This document shows positions 47,166 to 59,188 of a DNA stretch of 64,000 nucleotides, in pieces. The stretch comes from an uncultured Nitrososphaerales archaeon (lineage in GTDB: Archaea > Thermoproteota > Nitrososphaeria > Nitrososphaerales > Nitrososphaeraceae): contig CAVQMO010000010.1 of the NCBI GenBank assembly GCA_963713605.1, positions 864,001 to 928,000 of the forward strand, written 5' to 3'. Every line of letters starts with the position of its first letter. The first letter of the stretch is position 1. Both the position numbers and the translations under genes were made by a program. The notes below the pieces were generated by a model that did not search any database, was not told the origin of the DNA, and saw only the letters and a list, made by a program, of their open reading frames with translations.

Positions 47166-47899
47166 ATCTAGTCAAGTTTGACTAGCTGACAACTTGCTCA
47201 TTTAAAGTATTCGTGACAAATACCAGAACTGCAAAGATAATCTAAAACTATCGAACAAGCCGTCGTGACTCGTAGTCTGCTGACGGCGTGATGCGGGTCT
47301 ACAGGTCTTGAGCTCTTTTCAGTTGTCATTATTTTCTTCAGATGATTGGTCTTCCCCTGGTTGTGGTTCCTCGATTGCATCCGGCTCTCCTCCCCCCCTT
47401 CGTGTGTGTTTCAATACACAAACTTACAATATAACTCCTAAAGGAAGTAAATTCTTGGAACTGTATGCAGAACTAGGCAAGGTGGGATAATGCTGTCTGC
47501 CACCTACATAATTGCAACATGTAGTCGTATATTATAAGGCAATACTATAAGTAACTGATCTATAATACACTCGATTTTAGTTATTGGATATCGTATACAT
47601 ACGTAAACAATGATTTTTGATGAAGTAATCAAGAAAAGGAAGATGATAAGAGATACCAGCAAACTAGGCAAGTACCAACAGGAATAATAAATAAACTACT
47701 TAAAAATGCATGACTATCGCCAGTCCCCACTTCCGTTACGCCAATTGTCTTGAAAAAGCCCGAAATTGGGTCATTTCCGAGTCCTTGCGCTACCACAAAA
47801 TGACTCCGAAAGCAAGGTCACTACTGTGACTCCGGATACGGTAAAGGTTAGTACTGCGAACAAGGCCACTGCGACTTTTTGGGAAATATTTGTCCTCAT

Positions 47900-48405
47900 T
47901 GCAGACATTACTCCACTTTTCAATTTTCCCTTTCTCAATTGCAGCCTCAATATCTTTGACATGAAAGACGTTATCAATTAACCCAAAATATTTTAAATTG
48001 TACTCTCTTAATGAACCCCCCATAAGTGTAATCAAATAATAGCCTTTTGTAGAGGCAGGTAGATTCAGACTCCAGCCACGCCATATATCGCAGCATAAAC
48101 TCTGTCACGCCTAATCCAGTGGCTTTCTTAATCCATACGTGTTTGTTTGACTGTAGTGTGTCAAATAGCAATTGTTCATAGTCAAATAAGGGATAGGATT
48201 GCCCATTCTCTTCTGGGAGTCCGATGGCATGATTAAATGTGTTACTGGATGTGAGAACTTTAGCCGGTATCACAGCAAGTTGGGGCGGCTTAGTAGACCA
48301 GTCGTAGAAAGGTAATCCCTTCAGTCTATCAAACTGTTGGACGTCGGCAATTTCTAATTGGGATTCGTACTTATCCAGTATTTTCGACAGGTTCTGCAGA
48401 GTCAT
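47900..48405 (-). pseudogene. Terminase-like gene N-terminus with internal deletion
   Basis: 'PLFDYEQ...HVWIKKATGLGVTEFMLR' (Walker A-like), joined to 'REYNLKYFGLIDNVFHVKDIEAAIEKG', which matches the start of the 6463 fragment. Confidence 0.7.
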
Positions 48406-48483
48406 CTATCACTACTTTGTCAGTGTGGGGCATTAAGCCTCTTTGTTGATGAGATTCACTGCCGTCGCAACTGTTCGTCGTAT

Positions 48484-48552
48484 CCAGCCACGACGATCTA
48501 TTCGTCCTATTTTGTGATCGGAGAAATTTCTTAGTTGATATTTAATGGGAGT
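48484..48552. repeat. 69-bp exact dispersed repeat, copy 2
   Basis: Identical to 24301-24369. Confidence 0.95.
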
Positions 48553-48737
48553 TGATCATACAGTCTGTACGCTATATCGAATCTTTTCAATAATCCATTA
48601 TTTGAAAAGATGTACATTATAGATGTCAACTTACAAAGCAGACAGCTTACAGTTTTCCAACGAATTGAACTTGGTCTGAAAAAGAAACCAATACTTCAAG
48701 AGCTGGTTAGCTCAATGAATCATTAGGTGGTAAGGGT

Positions 48738-49331
48738 GTGCAGACTCCCATACTTTTAGTCAATACTGTAAGACCGTTCGTAGAACAACAACAATACTTT
48801 TTTGATATGTTATGGAAGAAGGCAATCCCTGCCAGACGGAGAATTAAAGAGATTGAAGAGAATCTGAAAAGGGAATTTATCGAGACAATCCAAGACACGG
48901 AAGAAACTACGACCCTTATTTCAAAAGTGTTGTCCTCTGCGACTGATGAAATACAAATGATATATTCGCGCGCGAGTACATTAAGACAGTATGAAAGACT
49001 TAAAATATTCAATATTTTGAGAAAAAAGGCAGAGAATGGTATTGTCACTCGAATACTGATTGGTACAGACAATCCAATTAACAAGAGAGAAGTAGAATGG
49101 TTAAATGAATATCCTCAAATAGAATTACGTTACCTAATCAAATCGATAAAAACTAGACTGACAACAATTGTAACTGATAGAGAGTTGTTACTCGTAATTG
49201 AAGAAAAAGAAGATGAAGATATTGATGATTTAGGACTGACCACTTATTCGAATAGTGAATCAACAGTTCTATCTTGTGCCTCTATCTTTGAGAACCTATG
49301 GGCACAATCCACTACTCAGAGCCCACAATAA
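48738..49331 (+). pseudogene. TrmB/PLD-like sensor domain fragment of a signalling protein
   Basis: 'FVEQQQYFFDMLWKKAIPA..RIKEIE' and 'YSNSESTVLS.ASIFENLW'; 5' part decayed. Confidence 0.7.
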
Positions 49332-49671
49332 TGGGTTGACTTATCGAATGAAAAATAGTTGACCTATCGTCATCATAATAGGGACAATCAGAGATATTTG
49401 CGCGCAAATTTCAATTATCATCGTTATCGTATACAAGTATGTCAATTGAAAAGGTAGGCGATCAGGGGTAGATAGGATGTCGAAAGGGTCGCCCACCCTT
49501 ATGGTCTCTGTTTTCACTAAAGGCGATCTCTATATAGAACTAAACCTAATGGCCATTTCGTAATTAGATCATTTAGTAGTATCATATACATTCCTACAAT
49601 GATTTCTAGAAGGAAGAGTTTTTCCGTTTTTGCGCACACGGTGTCAGTGATAGTTGACTGGATAAACTCAC

Positions 49672-50313
49672 ATGCATGCCAGACAACCTTTATTTTTGTC
49701 CTCATTGGAGATAGTCCAGTTGACGCCAGAATACTGGAATAGGCACATAGAGAGATGGATGGATGTATTTTCAGATTACGAACCAGATCTAATGGCACTA
49801 AAAATAGTGAGGGAGTTTGATAACTTGACAAAGAAATTCTACAGTATTTTTGATGATGATGATCTGAATGAATGGGGCAAGTCCTCAGAGATTTACGTGG
49901 GTATCAGAAGTGAGGTCGTTAGAGAAGAGGTGGGCGTTGTTCTAGACAGTTCTTATCCTGTTGCCAGACCGAACAAAAATGCAAAGGTAAGGAAATTCAA
50001 AAGAAAGATTGAAACTCTACCAGTTTCTGGTAAGGCCGTTAAGTCCCGAATCGAAAAAGTAGAACAGGACTCTTCCGAGGATGTAATTGTATCTGATAAG
50101 AACATCAAAATAGCGTTCCAACTTCCTATTAACAATAAGAAAGAAAACGTCAAGGTTGTTGCCAATCAAGATTACTCGATTACAATTTCCCATCTAAATA
50201 ATGAAGGGAAACGATGCACCCATACACTAGACATTCCTTATAATATTGACTCCGAGACCGCCAAGGCGACTTATAAAAATGGGATATTAGAGGTTAAATT
50301 CGATAGACGATAA
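49672..50313 (+). CDS. Small heat-shock protein (Hsp20 / alpha-crystallin)
   Basis: C-terminal 'AKATYKNGILEVKF'; start uncertain. Confidence 0.8.
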   Translation: MHARQPLFLSSLEIVQLTPEYWNRHIERWMDVFSDYEPDLMALKIVREFDNLTKKFYSIFDDDDLNEWGKSSEIYVGIRSEVVREEVGVVLDSSYPVARPNKNAKVRKFKRKIETLPVSGKAVKSRIEKVEQDSSEDVIVSDKNIKIAFQLPINNKKENVKVVANQDYSITISHLNNEGKRCTHTLDIPYNIDSETAKATYKNGILEVKFDRR

Positions 50314-50390
50314 ATAATTTGATACCAGTTAACATGATGAAGTATCCCATCTAATTAATCTCTCATGTTTTTGCGCGCAAATCTAATATT

Positions 50391-50673
50391 CTATGCATCA
50401 GTCGCAGATTCGCAAACATCTCTAGTATTTCCTTCGACGGACATGCATCCATCTATGAATCCCTGATAGTATCTATTGTCACCATTAAGAGGTCCGCAAT
50501 TATCCTGAAATGCATCTTCACTAAAACTTCCGTTTCGTCCGTCATCATATCCTACGCTATAACAACCACCTTCGCTACTTACATTGTTGTCAGAGTTGTC
50601 GTTATTCTGTTCTGTTGCAGACGCCATCGTTATTGGAACTGTAAGTGAGGTTAATACAAGAAGTATAACGGTC
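50391..50673 (-). CDS. Small secreted Cys-containing protein
   Basis: Signal peptide; 'YYQGFIDGCMSVEGNTRDVCESATD'. Confidence 0.7.
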
Positions 50674-50921
50674 ATAATTTGGGTTGTCCTACTTCCGAGT
50701 TTACGATTCCAATTGTCCATTAATTGATATTTTAGTTTAGGTACAAGATTAACATTCTCTATCAAGACTATAGAACAATTTAAAATCAGAAACTGACGAC
50801 TCTATTAACAGATTAACCTACATTGAGTCCAAATCTTACCTTAGGGATTTTTGCGCACAAAATACTCAAGAAAACCTTCGAAACTCTTATTCAAGAGTGT
50901 CCATAGTACCTACCAAAGAAT

Positions 50922-51280
50922 TTGCAGTATTACATAGGATGTTCCGGATGGTCCTATTCATCTTGGCAAGGACCATTCTATCCTAGGGGTATTGAAAATT
51001 CTAAATGATTAAAATATTACTCGAAGGTCTTCAACTTCGTTGAAATTGACTCCTCATTTTACAGAATTCCCAATGAATTTATGGTAAAGAATTGGTACAA
51101 TAGGACTCCAGAGAACTTTCGATTTACTGCAAAATTCCCTAAAGTTATAACCCATGACAAGAGATTGTTGGATTTTGATGAAGATCAATTAAGTTATTTC
51201 TTTTCCTCTATATCCGAATTAAAGGAGAAATTACTTGCATTATTGATTCAGTTACCGCCGAGTATACAGATTGTAGGCCA
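50922..51280 (+). pseudogene. DUF72 (YecE-like) protein, nonsense mutation and 3' truncation
   Basis: 'IGCSGWSY', 'VEIDSSFYRIP', 'FRFTAKFPKVITH', 'LIQLPPS'; TGA near 51006. Confidence 0.9.
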
Positions 51281-51574
51281 GTACAATCCCAGAAAATCCA
51301 CTGGATAAAGGTGTTGCTGCAAGAATTATCACTATGGCGACAGAGTCGTAAATTGGATTATTTTCATATTTGTAGACAGTTGGTGACTTGATGGGAATAA
51401 GGAATCTGGTACAGACATCTAAATGAGTGTAAATAATCATAACCAAAGATTATCAATCACTTAGGTACTTGTACCATAATGCATTTATATTGCAAATATA
51501 CCGGAGAAATCATGATCTTGCATTTCGTAGGATATTATTATTTTTGTAGTTTTCTTGTTGAGGACTGCTAGATT

Positions 51575-52117
51575 GTGGATGAGCTTGGAGATATTGCTGA
51601 GAGGATATCACAATTTATTCAGCAGAATCCTGGCTGCCACCTACGTAAAATTAAGGTGATGACGCACATATCTTTGGGAACAACTCAATATCATCTGGAC
51701 AGATTGGAGAAAATGGGAAGGATATCATCTACCAGACTTGGATTTTATAAACATTATTTCCCCATTGGAATATTTCACGAGAATGAAAAAGAGATCCTAA
51801 AAGTTCTAGGTCAAGAAACTACTCGAGAGATTCTGATGTCGATCATAGAACGGCAAGCTCCTACCCAGACAGACATAGCTAGTAGCGTAGGAATATCAGC
51901 CGCATCAGTTAATTGGCATATAAAACATTTAATTAAATTCAGGCTGATCGAGGAAGTTAAAGAGGGCAAATACAAGAGATATCAATTACATGATAGAGAA
52001 ATCTCATCTAGGTACATTATCGTATTAATGCGAAATTACTATCCAAACATCTGGGACAAGTGGAGTAATCGACTGGCTGAAATCTTTCTTTCCTTGTCCA
52101 GAGGAGATACTCAATAG
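51575..52117 (+). CDS. Double winged-HTH transcriptional regulator
   Basis: 'QNPGCHLRKI....SLGTTQYHL.RLE' and a second HTH 'TQTDIA..VGIS.ASVNWH'. Confidence 0.85.
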   Translation: MDELGDIAERISQFIQQNPGCHLRKIKVMTHISLGTTQYHLDRLEKMGRISSTRLGFYKHYFPIGIFHENEKEILKVLGQETTREILMSIIERQAPTQTDIASSVGISAASVNWHIKHLIKFRLIEEVKEGKYKRYQLHDREISSRYIIVLMRNYYPNIWDKWSNRLAEIFLSLSRGDTQ

Positions 52118-52119
52118 AA

Positions 52120-52450
52120 ATGATAATCGGACCAGAGATAACGTTACTGATAATGATTTCAGCACTATTGCTTCAAGTCTTTGAAGATGTAGAAACTGTA
52201 ATCATCGCAGTCACAGGAATTTTTTCTTTGTTACTACTAGCACTATCTATTTCAGCGTATAGAAAAACAGGTCTCAGGAAGATATTGTACAGCGGCTGCA
52301 GCATTCGCCCTCTTTGGCATTCAATTGTTATTTGAATCATTTGAAGATACATTCGACGTATGGGATACTGGCTTTGGTTCCGTGATAACAGCTTCAATGA
52401 CTTTGGCTATTCTGATTTTGTTCTTTCTAGCAATAGTACAAAAAATAGAT
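52120..52450 (+). CDS. Small membrane protein (frameshifted), co-oriented with the regulator
   Basis: TM helices; 'SISAYRKTG'. Confidence 0.7.
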
Positions 52451-52656
52451 AGATAAGAGAATAAAATCTTAAACAAGCTAGTAACTATACACGACCTCAC
52501 ATATCATATTAACGAATTGATACCTGTGGATTAAGAAATATTTTGATATATTCTGAATTACACTCTGAGCCCCTTCATGATCTATAGACGCTCAATGAGC
52601 TAAAAAAAGGAGATATTGAATCTTTTTCTTACAATATCTATTATGTGCACAGTGTT

Positions 52657-52926
52657 TTAGTCTTCCTTTTCATTTGTGTCTACATCTCCTGGTTCATCTT
52701 CATCCTCGCCTTGTCCTTCTTCTTCACCTTCATTGGCATCATCATTTTCGCCAGTACTAGATGCTAATCCTGTCATATTTGTCATATTAGTGGTCTGACC
52801 TGCTGCGGTGTCCGCTGTCTGTGTAGCATTTTGTGCATATGCCTTCATGGAGATCCCAATAGACATTATTGCCACCGATGCTAGCATCAGGATCACCATT
52901 GCTCTGAACGGGTATTTTATTTGCAT
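52657..52926 (-). CDS. Small secreted acidic protein
   Basis: Signal peptide AYA|Q; D/E-rich tail. Confidence 0.7.
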   Translation of the reverse strand: MQIKYPFRAMVILMLASVAIMSIGISMKAYAQNATQTADTAAGQTTNMTNMTGLASSTGENDDANEGEEEGQGEDEDEPGDVDTNEKED

Positions 52927-53199
52927 TAAAATAACCTAATGTTTATGGATGTTAATAAGAAAATTGATACAAGTATCTAATTATTTCACAAACTTTGCTA
53001 ATGATATTCATCATTCAATTAGATGCTTGTACCACAAAGTTTTTATATATGCAATAAATGTAATTACGAATCTTGTTGATATAATAGGTTTATGATACAA
53101 TTATCTAAACGTTCGCAAATATAATATCATAACTTTTCGTATTCATTTAGCTGCTTGTACCAGATTACTTATTAATTGTAGTACCGCATACTTGATTCA

Positions 53200-53943
53200 A
53201 TGAAAACAAAATCACTTTGCGGATCTAATGTAATCTACATGATAGCATCCGCCGCATTAGTATCAGCAATCATACCATTTATTAGTTCCACTACTCCGAC
53301 GGTAATAAATGCACAGAATGAATCGTGGACAAGCTCATTTAACATGGGAGATTGTAAGTTCTCCACTACAGGCACTAATCCATACTTTATTCTACAACCC
53401 GGTTATCATCTTGTATTTGCTGGTGTAGAAGATAGCGAGCCCCTTAATGTGACTGGAACAGTAAGTAATGAGACCAAAGTAGTTGGAGATGGGATAGTCA
53501 CAAGAGTTGTTGAAGAAAGAACTGTTAACAGCGAAACGAATGACCTAATAGAAATCACCAAAGGTTATTTTGCCATAAGCGATAAGTCAAATAGTGTATT
53601 CTACTTTGGGGAAGATGTTAATAATTATGAAGACGGTAAACTCGTTGATCATGAAGGGTCATGGCTGCATGGTTTTGATAACACAAAGGCTGGTCTAATA
53701 ATGCCTGGAACTATCTTACTTGGTTCGAGATACTTTCAAGAAATAGCTCCAGATGTGGCATTGGATAAAGCCGAGCTAGTGAGTATGAATCAAACGGTGA
53801 GTGTTCCTGCTGGCAACTTTCGTGGTGTAATACAAATGAATGAAACAAGCGATCTCGAACCAGGGATAGGGGAGGTAAATCTACATGCTCCTGGAATTAA
53901 GCAAGTTATAGATAACGATTTGGAACTGGTCAGCTACGGATAA
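53200..53943 (+). CDS. Secreted conserved hypothetical protein
   Basis: Signal peptide; 'NPYFILQPG', 'VFYFGEDV', 'GSW..G', 'VSVPAGNF'. Confidence 0.8.
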   Translation: MKTKSLCGSNVIYMIASAALVSAIIPFISSTTPTVINAQNESWTSSFNMGDCKFSTTGTNPYFILQPGYHLVFAGVEDSEPLNVTGTVSNETKVVGDGIVTRVVEERTVNSETNDLIEITKGYFAISDKSNSVFYFGEDVNNYEDGKLVDHEGSWLHGFDNTKAGLIMPGTILLGSRYFQEIAPDVALDKAELVSMNQTVSVPAGNFRGVIQMNETSDLEPGIGEVNLHAPGIKQVIDNDLELVSYG

Positions 53944-54058
53944 AATAAGTAAATATCGTACATAATATGCAAAGGCCCGAGCGACTTTATCCTCTCATTT
54001 TTTCCTCCTCTCAGTATCATTGATGTTCAACTTCATTTCATACAAAATATTACTAACT

Positions 54059-54507
54059 ATGGATGGTTCAGAAATTGAGATCCAAAGTATTAGAACTAAC
54101 GGGTAAAGGAGAAACTAATCAATCTTAAATGGCAAGAATACTGCAGGTAGACCGATCCACCATATACAGAGATGTAGATTGGGACCAATAGAGATCGATT
54201 AAGGCAGGAAGCGAAGGAGAACATCAAGAAGTACAATGATGAAAAACTTCCAGAAGAGTACGAGAAAACATTTCGCGGCCTTAACAGCTTCTTACGAGAA
54301 GCATGGACTATGTCGCATGCAAGCGAGACCGGAATTATGGAGAAATTAAAGGCGCTAAGTCTTGCAAAGGGTTGCTATTCAATGAAATTTGATCTACTGA
54401 CTAATGCAACAGTTGTAGACGATGCGATGAGGTTTGTTCAGTCTAATCGAATCTTCACTACCTCAGGAGGCCATCATATGAAATCATTGGATCGATCAAC
54501 GAAGTGA
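54059..54507 (+). pseudogene. Decayed conserved helical protein (possible terminase small-subunit-like)
   Basis: 'LRQEAKENIKKY.DEKLPEEYEK...KALSLAK.CYSMKFDLLTNATVVDDAMRF'; 5' stops. Family link is inference. Confidence 0.45.
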
Positions 54508-54860
54508 ACAGAATGAAACGTGAGCAAATAGATAGGTCATCATAGCATGGTTGTTACTCGATAGGAACAGCGGGTTTACAATAATCCTAAATGTTGAAGA
54601 TAGAGAGTTCGTGGATCTCTGCCAACCGGGATGATAACCTGTTCAGAATCATTGACATGAATTGAATTTATCATCTTTATTGAATTAAGCTTAATGCGTC
54701 AAGTACAGAATAAGGGATAGAAGTTAACGGCACTAATTTAGAGTTGGCATAGCGGGGGTAATAAACAGTCAAAAGAGCAGATAAGTAGCCAGAAGCGCCC
54801 TACATTGTTGTGGGATTAAAATATTAATTCATTCATTCTTATTGTAAGCTTAGCTTGTAA

Positions 54861-55330
54861 CTATTCTAACTCTGCTCTAATACGCCTTAACAGCTGTTCT
54901 CCAGTGATTGGCTTCTTGATAAAACAGCCTATACTTTTAAGTGGATGCACTTCTCTTGCTGCATCCATATTTATTTCTCCAGCGGTTATAAAACAAACCC
55001 GGACATTGAGGTCCCTCCGTACTAAATTCTGGGCTAATTGAAAACCGTCCATTAAAGGCATGTTAATGTCAATCAGTAATAAATCGTAAAAATTTGGTGT
55101 AAATTCTATTAATGCAGTTACTGGATTATCATAACCAAAAACCTGCATAGTTGGATCGCTTTCTAGTCCAACACGTAAGGTAAACAAAATATCTGGGCTA
55201 TCGTCAACCAAGACGGAGAATTCTCTTGTGCAGTGGGGGCTCAGAAGATACTAGTGAAGAAGATAATTTTGTATGGTCTGGCTTTAACTTTCCAATATGG
55301 GCAGTTTCCTTCTCTGGCTCTGGATTGTCG
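54861..55330 (-). CDS. Response regulator receiver protein (5' frameshift)
   Basis: 'VDDSPD', 'DLLLIDINMP.MDG', 'FITA', 'IKKP'. Confidence 0.85.
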
Positions 55331-55486
55331 TTGAGAGCTTTGTTCACATTCCTTTCAAATCAAAGGGTTGTAATCATCTAAAAGTATACGGTGTGAGGAT
55401 AGCTCTGCTGAACTAATTACCATTTCGACATTTGAAATGTCTCACTGGTTTTGATAACATCATACGCGCCAGAAAGTGGCATCACC

Positions 55487-56050
55487 TTAGTAGATATTTA
55501 CTGCTATGCTAAAGGGGACATGAAATGTAAACTTGTCTGTCTTTGGATCATAAATCGTATATAGAGACGACAAATCTACGTTGTTGAAATTCTTATTGAT
55601 TATTCCATTACTAACATTTACATCTCTAGCTAGCATAACTGGAAAGTCGATTCTTGTATTATTGATTTGATCAGCATCATCAGTTATCTGCTTTGCGCTC
55701 GCATTCACCTCAATATTTGTAGCTGAGATGTTAAAACCCAATAGACTATACTTAAGAGTAGGCATTGTGAATTTTAATGGCCCCCCCGAGTCACTCACAA
55801 TTTCACGCTTAAGGGTTTCATTTGGAAAGATCTGGTCTCCATCGATTTCTACTGTATGTTCAAATAGGTTTGCAATGTTCAATGAATTACCTTCAAAAAT
55901 ATCAAATACATTGTTACCATTATCAACTTCAATAAAATCATGCCGTGTGTCCGCAAGTAGCCATTGAATATTACAACTACCAAGTACCAGAAGTGACAAA
56001 TACAATGACAAAAAAGAAAAGACCTTCATCAATTCATAGACTTTTTGCAT
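55487..56050 (-). CDS. Secreted/membrane hypothetical protein
   Basis: Hydrophobic N-terminus, beta-rich body. Confidence 0.6.
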   Translation of the reverse strand: MQKVYELMKVFSFLSLYLSLLVLGSCNIQWLLADTRHDFIEVDNGNNVFDIFEGNSLNIANLFEHTVEIDGDQIFPNETLKREIVSDSGGPLKFTMPTLKYSLLGFNISATNIEVNASAKQITDDADQINNTRIDFPVMLARDVNVSNGIINKNFNNVDLSSLYTIYDPKTDKFTFHVPFSIAVNIY

Positions 56051-56336
56051 AGGTACTTCCCCAAGTAGTACGAATATCTTTAGCGAGCCTTTCATCTCCA
56101 TCAGTTGTTCAAGCTCCCGCTACTATCAACGAGTAGGCATAGTCCCGACCTATTCCTGGGTCTTTTACAAGTCATACCAAGAGCTAATATAGCAAGAACG
56201 TAGATAAGGATTAAGAGGACGCTAATAATAATTTATATTCTTGCCCAAGCCGTTTTACCGACTGTAATGAATGAGCTTTGTTTCAGGAGCGTACTTTCAG
56301 GCGCTATTGAGAAGTGATACCAACTCTTACCACACA

Positions 56337-56867
56337 TCACCTTATTATTGCATTCACCTTAATTTCATGCATCATACTATACATTGCAGGACATCTTTCT
56401 TCTGCTAATCTAATTATTTCTTCTAACTGCTGCTTGTCTGCATTTTGACTTTCTGCTTCAATCTGAAACTCAATTCCTTCAGTTATTGGTTCGTCAGCTA
56501 TATCAAACGTCTTTGCAAAATTAATGCTACATTGTGCATTCACATTGAGTTTGGAGAGTCTTATACCTTTAGAGGAGGCTACAGTTACAAATGTTGCAAT
56601 GAAACAGGATGTAATCCCTGCCACACAATATGCCATAGGTCCAAGTCTGTTTCCATTACCACCAAGAAATGAAGGAGAATCAATTTCAATTACTTGTTTC
56701 CCTTTCTCATACGCTAATTCTGTCTTGAATTGATATGGTTTATCAGGATTCAAGTTCCATTCAGCTGCTAACTTAACTGGCCTTCTCAAGGTGGAGAGAT
56801 CATTTCTTCCTTCTTCAATAGTCTTTGATATTTTATTTAGATCTACATTGTTGGTAATGTTGGACAT
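56337..56867 (-). CDS. OsmC/Ohr family protein
   Basis: 'D.P.FLGG.G..LGP..YC.AG..SC' and 'AEERCP'. Confidence 0.9.
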   Translation of the reverse strand: MSNITNNVDLNKISKTIEEGRNDLSTLRRPVKLAAEWNLNPDKPYQFKTELAYEKGKQVIEIDSPSFLGGNGNRLGPMAYCVAGITSCFIATFVTVASSKGIRLSKLNVNAQCSINFAKTFDIADEPITEGIEFQIEAESQNADKQQLEEIIRLAEERCPAMYSMMHEIKVNAIIR

Positions 56868-57387
56868 TTACATTCTTGTAGTAGTAGTAGTGTTACATAT
56901 ACTTGCTTACTTGGAAACTCTACGACATTCTTCTGCACATCTGTGTATTATCCTTAGCAAATGAGGATGATTCTGTGGTAACCACTGATGTTGAAGAAAA
57001 TACAATTCCCATATCCCGTAGTAGATCTATTGAAAATGTTAATGATAGACGGGTGGGGGGTCTATTTTTCAAATTCCATTCTTAGCTACACTGGGTGCAC
57101 CGACCCCACACTAAGATTAGTCCATCAAATAGCTTGAAAGATGAGCTTTTTCGAACAGCATCAAGAAAGTACCAGTTGAGAGCGACAAAATAGCATAAGT
57201 GTCCCTGGCTTGGTTTCACTATCTATTCTATATATACACTATCTTCATACTATACGTATTCATATTCAGTCTAGTTATTACGGGGATAGATAATGACTGG
57301 TAGCTAGGGACACTAGGGACAGTTATTTCTGTTTGAATCACTACCTAATCTACCGATGTAAAGAGATATTATATACATTAAAAAACT

Positions 57388-57600
57388 ATGAAGACTGTCA
57401 ACATGAGTAATTTTCCACCCAGATGTTATTATTGTGATAGTAAAGACTTTGGCACGGTTGACGGATATGAGCGTCACATCGTAACTAGGCACCCAAACCT
57501 GCCCGGTTACCCTGGACCTGCAGATATCAAGTATTACCGCTTAGAAAAACAAGACATGTACTGGGAACGTGAGATAAAAGCGGATTTTGAATGGAAATAG
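57388..57600 (+). CDS. Small C2H2 zinc-finger protein
   Basis: CYYC....F....YERHIVTRHP..PGYPG. Confidence 0.7.
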   Translation: MKTVNMSNFPPRCYYCDSKDFGTVDGYERHIVTRHPNLPGYPGPADIKYYRLEKQDMYWEREIKADFEWK

Positions 57601-57942
57601 TTAGTTGTTCACCATTTTTGATACAGCCCCTAATTATGTATGTAAACTCGAACGAAGGTAAGATTGAGATAAATATTACCGATGATCATGATCGGGTTGA
57701 ACAAAAAGGTAAAACAGCTAAGGATATATGCGATGATCCAAATTGCAATCGTATTACGTGTAACACATTTTATCCATTGAAAACCGTGCATTTTAGGCTG
57801 GATCTTCAGGTTAAACTCGGATTATCTTTGCGTAAATGGCCTAATTTCATCATATAGCATGTTGAATGATTCTATGGTATTTAATGGTGACTAATACCAT
57901 AAGTTGCCAATGTATATATAACTGTCATGAGAAGATAGAAAC

Positions 57943-58581
57943 ATGTCAATATCAAAAAGAGTAGAAGAGAAAGCTATTGAAGATACTCAAAGAGTCGCTG
58001 CAGAAGCCAAGAGTATGAAAGATAAACGCGATGCAGCTCAAACTTTACAACAAGTTGGACAACAACAACAGGTAGTAGCACAAGACTTTACACACACATT
58101 GTATAGAACATTAGATGAAACTAAAGAGAATGTAAATAAATCACTAGATGAAGCGAGAACTCAAATTCCACGATTTACCCATGTAGTTACTAATTATCAA
58201 GAGCAAGTTTTACAATCCACTGGAAAAATGGTAGAAGATTATGTTGAAGCTCAAAAATCAGTAATGAATGCTGTCTTTAACTCTGCAAACCCGTATTATG
58301 AAAATGCTAATAGAATGTTTAGTTACTGGTTTTCTCCTAGAGTCTCTGCAGAGATATGGGCCAGATCAGTTAGCAATATTGTCGAAAACGTCTCAGCATC
58401 AGCTAGAATAGGTAACGACATCTTATTTAGAAATATTGAAGCCTTGGGAAACGATTTCGAACGAGCTCAACAACACACAAAAGAGTTTACGAGAGTCAAT
58501 GCGAATACAGCAAAAGCTATTGAAAATACTGCAAGAGAAATTACAGCAGAGTTTTCAGTTAATAGTCAGAGAAGTTTATAG
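57943..58581 (+). CDS. Phasin-like amphipathic helical protein
   Basis: All-helical Q/N/A/E-rich sequence: 'LDETKENVNKSLDEARTQIPRF', 'YVEAQKSV'. Function is inference. Confidence 0.6.
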   Translation: MSISKRVEEKAIEDTQRVAAEAKSMKDKRDAAQTLQQVGQQQQVVAQDFTHTLYRTLDETKENVNKSLDEARTQIPRFTHVVTNYQEQVLQSTGKMVEDYVEAQKSVMNAVFNSANPYYENANRMFSYWFSPRVSAEIWARSVSNIVENVSASARIGNDILFRNIEALGNDFERAQQHTKEFTRVNANTAKAIENTAREITAEFSVNSQRSL

Positions 58582-58625
58582 ATAGAACTGCCTGCTAACA
58601 GAAATCTGATATATTAGAAATTACT

Positions 58626-58647
58626 CTAGTCATCAACTGATGACTAG
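58626..58647. promoter_or_regulatory. Perfect 10-bp inverted repeat
   Basis: CTAGTCATCA-AC-TGATGACTAG, 45 bp after the phasin-like gene. Confidence 0.5.
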
Positions 58648-59011
58648 GTAAGCTAATTATTTTGCGATATAATCGCTATGTTTTTGCCGTCTGAATCTGT
58701 AGAATTTAGAGCCGTTTTATTATTGCGACTAATGTTACCATTCGGTTGAGCTATCACGACCATAGTTTCGCTGATGGTAAACCCAACGACAACTGCTACA
58801 GCTCACATGTGATCCAGCTATTTTTCAACTCTGTCCAGTAATTAGGTATTTCATCAAACGCGTAATCTGAGTCATTCAATTCCATTAGTAGGCCTTCATC
58901 AATGTCTGCATGTTTCAACTGAAACGACGATACCAGATCTGCTGATATTAAGTTTTAATGTTCAGAAATTCGAGCAGTTTGTATATATATCGTGTGCTAT
59001 ACACCTGTGCA

Positions 59012-59188
59012 ATGACAAGAGTTATAATTAAATGTACTCAGAATGGTCCGAACCTGATTACGGTAGATGGCAATGTCTTTGCCGCCATGTGTAGATGTGG
59101 GGCGTCCAATAGTAAACCGTACTGTGATGGAGCTCATGGTAAGATTGGATTCAAGGCGGAGCCTACAGAAATAATAGTTTCAAAATAA
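59012..59188 (+). CDS. CDGSH iron-sulfur domain protein
   Basis: CRCGASNSKPYCDGAH. Confidence 0.92.
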   Translation: MTRVIIKCTQNGPNLITVDGNVFAAMCRCGASNSKPYCDGAHGKIGFKAEPTEIIVSK

